This document shows positions 9,042-18,192 of a stretch of DNA of 64,000 nt, piece by piece (the first letter of the stretch is position 1; the number at the start of each line of letters is the position of its first letter). The stretch is from positions 94,767 through 158,766 of the forward strand of contig CAYUQR010000001.1 in NCBI GenBank assembly GCA_964446825.1, given 5' to 3'. The translations under genes and the position numbers were made by a program. Under the pieces are notes generated by a model. The model saw only the letters and a program-made list of their open reading frames with translations. It did not search any database and was not told the DNA's origin. The stretch is from an uncultured Rikenellaceae bacterium (lineage in GTDB: Bacteria > Bacteroidota > Bacteroidia > Bacteroidales > VadinHA17).

Positions 9042-9983
9042 TTAATCGTTAAATGTAAATGCAATTCCTACTTCGAAAGGGTATAAATCGTAACCGCCGG
9101 GACCTTTGCCTGATTGAAACAGCGGCGTTACATAATAGGTTCCGTATATCTGGAAATTACCATAGCCGACACGAGCAGTTCCGCCATAACGCAGCATATT
9201 AAGACTGAAATCCTTGTATGATTTAACTTTTGACCCGGTCTCATAGACCATTTTAGTATGCGAGCCTAATTTAACGGCACCGATCGGGCCTGCTGCGATA
9301 TTCAGACAATGGTTATCAACAGGAATCTGAATTTCCAGCAATACAGGAAGATGCAGATAAATGGTTGCAAGCTTGGATTTTTTAAGATTGGTTCCCGGGT
9401 CGAGCTCTTCAATTACTCCGTTATTGCCTTTTATTATACTATTGTTTCCGTCGAACTTATAGTTGTTCCAGTTTAATCCGAGTCCGGTAACAAGTCCGAT
9501 ATGCCTGGTAAATCCAATGTTCAGCTGTGAAAAATTGAGATTGAAACTGGCTGATTTACCCGAATTAAGCGACATGTAATCGATATCTGATGGTACAGAA
9601 AAACTATTGTCGGATGTTAAATAATTATTAAACCCGAATTCAATAGCAGTCCAATGTCCCCTGAACCTGTCTGCTCTTCTGTAATGAAACCTGTCATTGT
9701 CATTATTGTCCCATTCATCAGCTTCTGAGTATTTTTTAAAACTGAACCTTGGACCTTCAAGCGATTCCAGTAAACTGAGGCCTCTGTTGCCTATTTTCAG
9801 ATCGTAAGTTGAATCGCTTTCTTCAAACCTCACTTTATCATTGCCTATGGTAACCTGTGTGGTTTCATTTTCATTAGCTTTGTTTGCCTCTTTTTTTTCA
9901 GTCTGGCTTTCTGCTGATATATTCTGACTGAATCCGTTTATTATTATTGTTATAAACAATATTATTAGACCTGCCTTCTTCAT
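9042..9983 (-). CDS. Outer-membrane beta-barrel protein (porin-family-like)
   Basis: Signal peptide 'MKKAGLIILFITIIINGFSQ'. Alternating aromatic/glycine beta-strand pattern, and a C-terminal 'GIAFTFND'. Confidence 0.6.
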   Translation of the reverse strand: MKKAGLIILFITIIINGFSQNISAESQTEKKEANKANENETTQVTIGNDKVRFEESDSTYDLKIGNRGLSLLESLEGPRFSFKKYSEADEWDNNDNDRFHYRRADRFRGHWTAIEFGFNNYLTSDNSFSVPSDIDYMSLNSGKSASFNLNFSQLNIGFTRHIGLVTGLGLNWNNYKFDGNNSIIKGNNGVIEELDPGTNLKKSKLATIYLHLPVLLEIQIPVDNHCLNIAAGPIGAVKLGSHTKMVYETGSKVKSYKDFSLNMLRYGGTARVGYGNFQIYGTYYVTPLFQSGKGPGGYDLYPFEVGIAFTFND

Positions 9984-10043
9984 GGTTTGTAAAATTAAAT
10001 AGTTAAACTTTTCAGAGATGGGACGAACAGTGAATGAAAAAAG

Positions 10044-11144
10044 TTACGGAAGAGGTTCAGATTTTTTAACCGGAGCATTAAATTTCAACATTCTTGAACT
10101 GAAATAAATCGATTTAACATTTCCATCAACATCGGTTTTTTCATTAAGAGCCATTTCCCAGCCAAGTAATTTATTTAGTCCGGTAATTCCGGCTTCTGCT
10201 ATTTCATAAGGCTTAAGGGGAGTATCATTTACTTTTTTCTCTCTGAGGATCTTATCCCTGAATGTTCTTGCGATGAACTTTCCTATATTACTTCTTCCAT
10301 CATCATAATCAATAGCTACAGGAGAAAGAGATGAGGCAATCAACTTGTTTCCTTCAGTTACCTGGAAAAGGTTAATTTCTGCGTGAACCAGGATCTTTAT
10401 AACAGGCATTTCATTATTCCGTGTGTTTGTTCTAAGCGAATCATCTTCTGAATTTGTAAGGGCATCAGGGGGGATATTAGCCGAGATATTTCCTTTTACC
10501 TTATTAAAAGTGTTTTCTTTCTTCCGGTTTGTGACGGCTACTATATTATTTACTACCTGTTTTTCCTGATTAATCTGAAGTTGAGGCCTTTCATTATTAG
10601 TATCAGGTATGATGATTTGAGATGAAATATTTGTTTTTTCAGTGATATTTCGTGGTATAAGAAGCCAGGCTGTGATTATCAAGGCCACAGTTGCAGCAGC
10701 GCTTAATCCTATTACAGACATCCTGATAACTTTTTGAACGTGAGTCCGCTTTATCAGTTGTTTTTTATGTTCGAAATTGACTTTTTGGGGAGTAAGTCGT
10801 GCCTTCTGGATCAGCTCGAAGCTTCTCTTTTTTTCAGGATCATTACCAATGATCGACAAAAGCTCGGTTCTCTGATCATCGGAAAGATCATCCTCAAGGT
10901 AAGCTACACAGAGGTATTCAAATTGAGATACGGAAAGGTCGGGAATGCCCTTTTTAAGCACACTTTTATGCAGGAAAGACTCTTGCGAAGGTATCAGCCT
11001 GAAAGAAGACAATTCTTCAAATTCTTCCCTGATATCAGGGTTTTCATCAAGGAACAGCTTAAGCTCTTCTGCCTGATGATCGCTTAAATTGCCATCGAGC
11101 CAATCAATAATCCATATTTCATAATTTGACCTGTCAATCTGCAT
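10044..11144 (-). CDS. Putative anti-sigma factor (single-pass membrane protein)
   Basis: Starts 3 nt after the sigma gene stop. The N-terminal acidic helical motif occurs twice ('WLDGNLSDHQAEELKLFLDENPD', 'YLEDDLSDDQRTELLSIIGNDPE'). Central TM 'VIGLSAAATVALIITAWLLI'. Confidence 0.55.
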   Translation of the reverse strand: MQIDRSNYEIWIIDWLDGNLSDHQAEELKLFLDENPDIREEFEELSSFRLIPSQESFLHKSVLKKGIPDLSVSQFEYLCVAYLEDDLSDDQRTELLSIIGNDPEKKRSFELIQKARLTPQKVNFEHKKQLIKRTHVQKVIRMSVIGLSAAATVALIITAWLLIPRNITEKTNISSQIIIPDTNNERPQLQINQEKQVVNNIVAVTNRKKENTFNKVKGNISANIPPDALTNSEDDSLRTNTRNNEMPVIKILVHAEINLFQVTEGNKLIASSLSPVAIDYDDGRSNIGKFIARTFRDKILREKKVNDTPLKPYEIAEAGITGLNKLLGWEMALNEKTDVDGNVKSIYFSSRMLKFNAPVKKSEPLP

Positions 11145-11146
11145 AG

Positions 11147-11632
11147 CTATAGGACCGTTTCAATTTTTCCGATATAACATTTAAGTGCAATACGTCCACG
11201 ATAAATGTTTATTTTTACCTGGGCTTCACTCAAACCTGTAATTTCGCCTATTTCTTTATAGCTGTATCCTTCGTAATCCCTTAGCAAAACTGATGTTTTT
11301 TGCTGTTCGGGCAGCCTGTCAAGAGCCTGGTGGAGAATTTCATTAAGATCGCTGTAATGTGAATCATAGATCATCTCCCTGTAATTTGATTCTTCGATGC
11401 TTGTTATTCTTTTTTCTTTTCTTATAATATCAATCATTGTATGATAGGCTGTTGAAAAAAGCCACGATTTAACTACAACGTATTCGATTTCTGCAACATG
11501 TCTCCACAGTTTTTCAAAACTGTCCTGGACAATATCATTAGCCCTGTCTTCATCCTTAAGATTTCCAAGGATGAAGCGGTAAACCGAGTCGGCATACTCT
11601 TCAACAGACCTGTTATATTCCTTAACCGTCAT
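11147..11632 (-). CDS. ECF (sigma-70 family) RNA polymerase sigma factor
   Basis: Region 2 'DIVQDSFEKLW' and region 4 'LRDYEGYSYKEIGEITGLSEAQVKINIYRGR'. I chose the ATG at 11632 (MTVKEYNRS). The track's longer ORF to 11770 runs into the repeat array and looks non-coding. Confidence 0.85.
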   Translation of the reverse strand: MTVKEYNRSVEEYADSVYRFILGNLKDEDRANDIVQDSFEKLWRHVAEIEYVVVKSWLFSTAYHTMIDIIRKEKRITSIEESNYREMIYDSHYSDLNEILHQALDRLPEQQKTSVLLRDYEGYSYKEIGEITGLSEAQVKINIYRGRIALKCYIGKIETVL

Positions 11633-11731
11633 AACATGAATTACAATACAAAGACGGATGAGATTCCGAAAAGTTACAGCTAAGTTAAAATTATTATGGG
11701 AACAGGCGACCGGCAACCGGCACTTCGTGCC

Positions 11732-11932
11732 GTAATTTGCTTCGCTGTAATTTGCCCTTCGTGCCGTCATTTGCCTGCGGCGTCATTCAGTTGTCATTAG
11801 CGCTTCGCGCGTCATTTGGCCCTTTGGGCTGACATTGATAGTAATTAATTATATATCAAAGAATTACTATGATTTACAATTGAATGACCACAGAATGACT
11901 ACCGAATGACAATTGAATGACCAATGAATGAC
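11732..11932. repeat. Quasi-palindromic array of the word GTCATT / AATGAC (7 copies on the left arm, 5 phased copies on the right arm)
   Basis: GAATGAC occurs at 11882, 11893, 11904, 11915 and 11926, an exact 11-bp period. GTMATT words occur at 11732, 11747, 11766, 11782, 11793 and 11811, with GACATT at 11831. AT-rich centre carries AGTAATT/AATTACT. Confidence 0.85.
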
Positions 11933-11969
11933 TTTAGGGCCCAGAGTCTAGTGTCCAGCGTCCAGTGCC

Positions 11970-13583
11970 TTATTTCGGCTGATACACCCTAACCCAGTCT
12001 ATCTCCATGGATGTTATGCCGTTAACAGGCTTATCAAGTCCTCCAGCAAGCAGAACATACATTGGGTCCTGAGGTATTTCTGATGTCTGGGTGGAAACCA
12101 CAGTGTTGTTTATTTTCCAGACAAGCTTATCAGCAGTCCATTCGAGGGTAAAAATATAGAAATTGTTTGCGTATCGCGATCCCAGTGATTTTTTTGTTGC
12201 GTTTTCGTTAGAAGAGAAATAGTCAAACAAGACTTTCCCGTTAGATGTTCTGCAAATATCGATGTGAGGGGTAATCTTATCGGCAAGCATCCAGAAGGCG
12301 TTTTTGGCATTCGGATTTCCAAGCCTGATCTTGGCTGAGAAAATACCATATTTCTGCCTGAAACTGTTACCGGAATTAATAAGTCCTGAGGTATAGCTGA
12401 ATTCTTTTGAGGTAAAGCCGTTAGCTGCTGACCACACCTTGCCATTAACTTTCTGTGGTTTGGTATTTATTTTAAGGATACTATTCCTCAGCTCAAAATT
12501 GTCTTTTTCAGTATATGCCTGAAGATCTGACTCCACAGAATACCTGTCTTTAAGGAGTTTCTCGCCCCAATAGTAATTGGTGAGCCATTTTTTAGTATCA
12601 AGATTATCGTTTTCAAATTCATCGCTGAAAGTCAGTTCTCTGTTTTTTAAAACATTGAATTTGTTGGAATCCTTAATTTTAAAATACCAGATAATATCCG
12701 GATTCTTTTTCAGCTTGTCATACTCCTGCGTCTGTTTGGACATTTCTGTTTTTTCAAATCTCTTTTTATCGAGCAGGTACTCTTTCTTTTCTCTGAATTC
12801 AGGTGAGGCAAGATATTCTTTAAGTTCACCATATCTTGCAAGTCGTGAAGATCCTTCCGTATTGAGGTAATTAGCATACTCTTTTGAAGCCTTGAATTTG
12901 AAATATTCTTTAATATCAGGAGATGCTTTGAGCCTTTTGTATTCCAGAAGCTTTTTATATTCTTCGGTATCTTTGAAAGTAATGGGCTTCATATTCTTTT
13001 TTGCCTGAAATTCAGACGATTTAACCAGTTTATCCAATTCTTCATATCTGAGAACAGTCTTAGTTCTTTTGTTCTCGTCTTTTCCTCCTGTTTTCAGGAA
13101 GGCCTTTATTTCAGGATCCTTTTTAAGGCTTTTATATTCCAGGTATTTGCGGTATTCTTCACTGTCCTTAAAAGTGACAGGTTTCATTTTTTGTTTTCCC
13201 CTGAATTCCGATGATTGTAAAAATTTTTCAAGTTCTTCAAATTCATTTATTTTATCAGAGCCATCCATCTCCTTAAATCTCTTAAGGTAGGTGTTGGAAG
13301 TTGTTTTGAAATAAAGAATGATGTCTTTTGCTTTTCGCAGGGCCGAGAACTCTTTTTCCTTTAAATATTCCTCAGAATTCTTGTACTTTAGAGACTCGAT
13401 CTCTTTTCTTTTATTAACGAAATCTGAAGAATTAACCAATCCATTCAGCTCATTGTATCTTGCCAGCTGATCAGATTCCGAAAAGGCAGTGAGTTTATCA
13501 AATTCAGCAACCAGTGCTTTTTCAGCTTGCTCAATTTTAGAAGTCGATGGGATCATTCCCAGAAGAAGCTTGAGACTTGCCAT
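11970..13583 (-). CDS. K/E-rich repeat protein with C-terminal GH16-like (concanavalin-like) domain, catalytic motif not conserved
   Basis: The C-terminal ~220 aa look GH16-like ('FSDEFE', 'AFWML', 'EIDWVRVYQ'). Four ~50-aa N-terminal repeats ('SSEF..K.MKP.TFKD.EEY.K.LEYK.LK..P.IK'). No signal peptide is evident. Confidence 0.7.
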   Translation of the reverse strand: MASLKLLLGMIPSTSKIEQAEKALVAEFDKLTAFSESDQLARYNELNGLVNSSDFVNKRKEIESLKYKNSEEYLKEKEFSALRKAKDIILYFKTTSNTYLKRFKEMDGSDKINEFEELEKFLQSSEFRGKQKMKPVTFKDSEEYRKYLEYKSLKKDPEIKAFLKTGGKDENKRTKTVLRYEELDKLVKSSEFQAKKNMKPITFKDTEEYKKLLEYKRLKASPDIKEYFKFKASKEYANYLNTEGSSRLARYGELKEYLASPEFREKKEYLLDKKRFEKTEMSKQTQEYDKLKKNPDIIWYFKIKDSNKFNVLKNRELTFSDEFENDNLDTKKWLTNYYWGEKLLKDRYSVESDLQAYTEKDNFELRNSILKINTKPQKVNGKVWSAANGFTSKEFSYTSGLINSGNSFRQKYGIFSAKIRLGNPNAKNAFWMLADKITPHIDICRTSNGKVLFDYFSSNENATKKSLGSRYANNFYIFTLEWTADKLVWKINNTVVSTQTSEIPQDPMYVLLAGGLDKPVNGITSMEIDWVRVYQPK

Positions 13584-13893
13584 TGTAAAATTGGTTTATG
13601 TACAACTGATAAAGATAAAAAATCTTTCCAGAATATCCGTTCACCCGGCTCTAAATATTTGCGTTTAAGGTTTTACGGATACCCTGAAGTAATAAAACGT
13701 ACTAAAATTGGTATTATTAGTAATCAGCTTTTTAATAGCCCGACCTGTAAATGGATTTTCTCAGGACTAATTACAAATATTTTTTCAAATTTTATAAAAT
13801 TATTTGGATTTAATATTTTCGTGTTTTATCTTTGACCGACCGTTCAATCATAAAATATCATAATTCATGTCTGAAATTAAGAATTAACTAAGA

Positions 13894-14532
13894 ATGTCAC
13901 CAAAGACACCAGAACAGTTCCAGGAGATAAGAGAAGAAAAGAGAACTCTTATAATGGATATTGCACTGAAATATTTTGCGAGTGAAGGTTACCATAAGAC
14001 CACAATTAGCCAGATTGCAAAGCATGCAGGTATCTCAAAGGGACTTATGTATAATTATTTTAAGAGCAAGGAACATTTGCTCAGCGATATTATTGACCGG
14101 ACAATGGAGGATATCGGACGATATTTTGATCCGAATAATGATGGGTTTCTGACTGAGCAGGAATTTGAACTTTTTATTAGGAAACTATTTAATGTTCTCA
14201 GGGAAAAAATTGATTTCTGGAGGCTGTTCTATCAGTTATTGATGCAAAATGAGGTAAGGCAACAACTAATGAAATCGACCCTGGGGCCGGTAAAAAATCC
14301 TCAGGATGTTTATTCAAACAGCAGTAAATTCATGAAGGTAGTCACAGAAATTATGGTAGATTATTTTTTCAGAAAAAAAGAGAGGAAACCTGAAGATTAT
14401 GATCCGGTACTCGAAATGAATATGTTCATTTACACCATTGAGGGATTTGCTATGATGACAGTATATATGGATGAAGTTGATGAAATTTATTATGAGAAAA
14501 CCATAAACAAGATAATTGAACTTTATAAATAG
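13894..14532 (+). CDS. TetR/AcrR family transcriptional regulator
   Basis: N-terminal HTH 'YHKTTISQIAKHAGISKGLMYNYFKSKEHL'. Confidence 0.9.
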   Translation: MSPKTPEQFQEIREEKRTLIMDIALKYFASEGYHKTTISQIAKHAGISKGLMYNYFKSKEHLLSDIIDRTMEDIGRYFDPNNDGFLTEQEFELFIRKLFNVLREKIDFWRLFYQLLMQNEVRQQLMKSTLGPVKNPQDVYSNSSKFMKVVTEIMVDYFFRKKERKPEDYDPVLEMNMFIYTIEGFAMMTVYMDEVDEIYYEKTINKIIELYK

Positions 14533-14539
14533 ATTGGTT

Positions 14540-15304
14540 ATGAAGAAGTTATTAAAGACACTCTTTTTTTCAGGATATCTGATTTCAACTTTTATGGTAC
14601 TTTCTGCCCAGGGCTTAACTGCCGCTGAAATAATTAAAAAGGCTGATGAAAAATTCAATGGAGAAAAATCGAGTATGATGGTGATGTCTATGACAATAAT
14701 TCGTCCGACATGGCAACGGACAGTAGAATTTAAAAACTGGACAATGGGCAGGGATTATGCTCTTACTCTGATAACTGCTCCGGCAAAGGATGTCGGACAG
14801 ACCTTCCTCAAAAGAGGGAATGAGATGTGGAACTGGAATCCTTCAATAAGCAGGCTGATCAAGCTGCCTCCTTCAATGATGTCGCAGGGGTGGATGGGAT
14901 CAGATTACACCAACGATGATATTATGAAGGAATCATCGGTTGTGAATGATTACACGCATGAGATAACCGGAGAAGAGACCATTGAAGGAAGGGAGTGCTA
15001 CAGAATTAAAATGGTTGCAAAAGAGAATGCGGCAGTCGTTTGGGGACACCAGGTAAGATGGGTGGACAAGAAAGAATTTCTGGTACTTAAAGCTGAATAT
15101 TATGATGAGGATGGAGTTCTGATAAGAACAGAGACAGGCAGTGATATTAAAGATATGGATGGAAGGATGATCGAGACCAGAATTGTGCTTACTCCGGTTG
15201 ATGAACCAGGCAACAGTACTGTTATAATAATAAAAGATATCAAATTCAATATTCCCGTGCAGGAGAGTTTTTTCTCTCAGCAGAATATGAAAAACATCCG
15301 TTAA
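14540..15304 (+). CDS. LolA-like periplasmic protein (outer membrane lipoprotein-sorting protein family)
   Basis: Signal peptide 'MKKLLKTLFFSGYLISTFMVLSAQ'. ~250-aa beta-rich body resembling the LolA-like 'lipoprotein-sorting' family that accompanies FtsX-type ABC systems. The ATG at 14540 avoids overlap with tetR. Confidence 0.65.
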   Translation: MKKLLKTLFFSGYLISTFMVLSAQGLTAAEIIKKADEKFNGEKSSMMVMSMTIIRPTWQRTVEFKNWTMGRDYALTLITAPAKDVGQTFLKRGNEMWNWNPSISRLIKLPPSMMSQGWMGSDYTNDDIMKESSVVNDYTHEITGEETIEGRECYRIKMVAKENAAVVWGHQVRWVDKKEFLVLKAEYYDEDGVLIRTETGSDIKDMDGRMIETRIVLTPVDEPGNSTVIIIKDIKFNIPVQESFFSQQNMKNIR

Positions 15305-15315
15305 CAGGCATTATT

Positions 15316-16728
15316 ATGAAAAGTTATTTACTGGCATGGCGAAACCTTTGGAGAAACAAAAGAAGAACACTGATAACTGTAGCTTCGGTTTTCTTTGCAG
15401 TATTTTTTGCCCTGCTCATGCGATCGCTTCAGCTTGGTTCATACGACCACATGTTCCGGAATGTAATAGAATCATATACAGGCTATATTCAGGTACAGAA
15501 TGAGGATTTCAAAGATAACTCCACGGTTGATAATTCTTTCGATTTCACCCCGGAGATAAAGCAACTTATCCTGAAAGACAAGAATGTAACTAATCTGGTC
15601 CCCCGTTTCGAATCGTTTGCTCTGGCATCTACCGGGCCGCTTACAAAAGGTGTGCTTGTTATGGGTATAGATCCTGAGAAGGAATCACTCCTTTCAAATG
15701 TTAAAGAAAGACTTGTCAGGTATAAGCTTACTGATAAAGCTATTGATACTCTTAAAAAACTAAATCTTCCTGAAAAAGTAAAATCCAAACTTGATCTTTT
15801 CAGGGGGGAAAGTTATTCTTCAGAATCAATTCTTCAGCTTGATCTTGGAATAAAAGACAAAGAGGCAAATTCTATTTTGCCTGAAATAAAAAGAGTGACA
15901 TCATTCAGCAATGGATATTTAACTGCCGGTAAAAAGGAGGCTCTTTTAGGAGACAAGCTTGCCAAATATCTGAATCTTAATATTGGAGATACTCTTGTTA
16001 TGATAGGACAGGGATATCATGGAACTACTGCAGCTGCAAAATTCAGAATTGCAGGCATTGTCAAGCTGCCAACTCCGGATATAGATAATAAAATAGTATA
16101 CCTGCCAGTGGATGTTTGCCAGGATTTTTATAATGCTCCAGGCATGCTTACTTCCATGGCATTATGCGTAAAGGATAACAACGACAAGGCTGTTAACAGG
16201 ACCCTCAGATCGCTGGGGCAAGAACTTCCTTCCCCGCTCAGGCTCCTGGGATGGAGAGAGATGAATGCCTTGCTGATTAACCAGATGGATGCCGATAATA
16301 AAAGCGGGGCAATTATGATTGGAATACTCTACCTGGTAATTGCATTCGGGATATTTGGCACAGTCCTCATGATGACCACTGAACGAAGACGTGAATTCGG
16401 AGTTCTGGTCGCTATTGGGATGCAGAAATCAAAACTGGCTGGTATTGTGACGTTTGAGATGATCTACATTGGTCTGCTCGGAATATTGAGCGGAGTAGCT
16501 GTTGCCCTTCCCGCGATAATTATTGGTCAGTATAACCCGATAAGATTCTCCGGCGAATATGCAAAAGTATACGAAAGCTATGGAATGGAGCCAATAATGC
16601 CATTCATGCATATAAATTACTACTTCCTGTGGCAGTCAGTAATTGTTGCTCTGATTGTGGCAATAGCAATTTCTTACCCGGTAAGAAAGATATATAAAAT
16701 GACAGTGGTCAACTCTTTAAAAGCATAA
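15316..16728 (+). CDS. ABC transporter permease, FtsX/MacB/LolC-type with ~300-aa periplasmic domain
   Basis: 'AWRNLWRNKRRT' N-terminus and TM1, then a large extracytoplasmic segment. Three C-terminal TMs follow with an 'ERRREFGVLVAIGM' FtsX motif. Confidence 0.85.
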   Translation: MKSYLLAWRNLWRNKRRTLITVASVFFAVFFALLMRSLQLGSYDHMFRNVIESYTGYIQVQNEDFKDNSTVDNSFDFTPEIKQLILKDKNVTNLVPRFESFALASTGPLTKGVLVMGIDPEKESLLSNVKERLVRYKLTDKAIDTLKKLNLPEKVKSKLDLFRGESYSSESILQLDLGIKDKEANSILPEIKRVTSFSNGYLTAGKKEALLGDKLAKYLNLNIGDTLVMIGQGYHGTTAAAKFRIAGIVKLPTPDIDNKIVYLPVDVCQDFYNAPGMLTSMALCVKDNNDKAVNRTLRSLGQELPSPLRLLGWREMNALLINQMDADNKSGAIMIGILYLVIAFGIFGTVLMMTTERRREFGVLVAIGMQKSKLAGIVTFEMIYIGLLGILSGVAVALPAIIIGQYNPIRFSGEYAKVYESYGMEPIMPFMHINYYFLWQSVIVALIVAIAISYPVRKIYKMTVVNSLKA

Positions 16729-16739
16729 ATAATTTTAAA

Positions 16740-18167
16740 ATGATCTGGAAAACAGCATGGAAGAATGTGTGGCGAAACAAGGTAAGAAGCCTTGTTGTCA
16801 TCTCTTCGGTTACAATAGGGATATTTGCAGGAGTTTTTGCAGTTGCCCTTATGAACGGAATGATAGCTCAGCGTGTTGACGATGCACTGAATGAGGAGAT
16901 TTCGGATATACAGATTACAAATAAGAATTTCAGGATCAATAATGATCCTCAGCTGGTAATTGATGATCCTTCGAGAGTTATTTCAATGATAAAATCGGTG
17001 GATGGGATAAGTGGAATGGTTGAAAGAACGATAATCACAGGTATGGCCAATACTGCTTTAAAAAGCACCGGTGTACAGATAACCGGAATTGAACCGGAAA
17101 AGGAAAAACAGGTTTTTACTTTGTATAAAAAGATCGTCCCGGGCACCGGCGATTTCTTTGAAAAAGAATCAAAATACAACCTTGCTCTTATCGGGGAAGA
17201 TCTGGCTAAGGAACTGGGGATAGTCAGGTATTATATTGATACTGCCACACTTGCAAGGTTAAAAGAAAAAGGATTTCCTGAAATGATCATTAATAAACTT
17301 GAACCTATTACAGGTCAGCGATTTACCAACGAAAATAAATTCATTAAAAAGATGAGTGCTGTTTTTACAGCCAGGGAAGCAAAAAAATACGGAGCTATTA
17401 TAAAAAAGGAAGCCCGGACATTCAGTGAAGGAGCCCGTCTGACATTAACTTTCCTTGATAAAGATAATAACCAGGTTGGTGCGATGTTCAGACTTACAGG
17501 ATTGTATGATATATCGAACAGTGTGTTCGAAAAAACCATGGTGTTTGTCAGGGATTCAGATCTTAAAAGGCTAATGGGCTTGTCCGACAGTTCTTCCCAT
17601 GAGATCATTGTTAAAATCGATAATCTTGACCAGACTGAATCAATAACTAATACACTGGCTGAAAAACTTCCTGATCTTGAAGTTATAAGTTGGAAAAAAT
17701 TGGCACCCGACCTTGCTATGATGACGGATTTGGTCCAGGAATTTTATCTTATTTTCGGTATTATCATTCTCGCCGCCCTCGCATTTGGGATAGTCAATAC
17801 CATGCTGATGGTTGTGCTTGAAAGAACAAAAGAGATCGGGATGCTAACGGCTATCGGGATGAATAAGAAGAAAGTCTTTTCAATGATAATGCTTGAATCG
17901 ATATTTCTCTCACTTATAGGCGGTGTTACGGGGATGATAGTAAGCTATATAGTTGTAAGGTTAACTTCAAATACAGGGATCAATTTATCCCAATATGCCG
18001 AAGGATTTGCAGCTCTTGGCTATTCGGCAGATGTATATCCGCAGATTAGTGCCGGATTCTTTGGTATTGTAACCATTTTGATAATAATAACGGGCATATT
18101 ATCGTCTGTTTACCCTGCTATGAAAGCTCTTAAATTAAACCCTGTTGAGGCCATTAGAACAGAATAA
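16740..18167 (+). CDS. ABC transporter permease, FtsX/MacB/LolE-type (paralogue of the preceding gene)
   Basis: 'AWKNVWRNKVRS' N-terminus, a large periplasmic domain, 'ERTKEIGMLTAIGM' and a C-terminal 'PAMKALKLNPVEAIR'. Confidence 0.85.
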   Translation: MIWKTAWKNVWRNKVRSLVVISSVTIGIFAGVFAVALMNGMIAQRVDDALNEEISDIQITNKNFRINNDPQLVIDDPSRVISMIKSVDGISGMVERTIITGMANTALKSTGVQITGIEPEKEKQVFTLYKKIVPGTGDFFEKESKYNLALIGEDLAKELGIVRYYIDTATLARLKEKGFPEMIINKLEPITGQRFTNENKFIKKMSAVFTAREAKKYGAIIKKEARTFSEGARLTLTFLDKDNNQVGAMFRLTGLYDISNSVFEKTMVFVRDSDLKRLMGLSDSSSHEIIVKIDNLDQTESITNTLAEKLPDLEVISWKKLAPDLAMMTDLVQEFYLIFGIIILAALAFGIVNTMLMVVLERTKEIGMLTAIGMNKKKVFSMIMLESIFLSLIGGVTGMIVSYIVVRLTSNTGINLSQYAEGFAALGYSADVYPQISAGFFGIVTILIIITGILSSVYPAMKALKLNPVEAIRTE

Positions 18168-18192
18168 TATTTAACATTTAAATTGATATGTC

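Noticed and set aside
11633-11770. N-terminal extension of the sigma-factor ORF (track start 11770)
   Set aside because: The extra 46 codons ('MTARRANYSEANYGTKCRLPVAC...') are a translation of the AATGAC/GCAAAT repeat array. Each AATGAC word supplies an ATG. The sigma-70 region 2 homology begins right after the ATG at 11632.
11882-11932. Possibility that the 11-bp phased repeats are a CRISPR array
   Set aside because: The repeat unit is only 7 nt with 4-nt linkers, there are no spacer-sized unique segments, and no cas genes are in the window.
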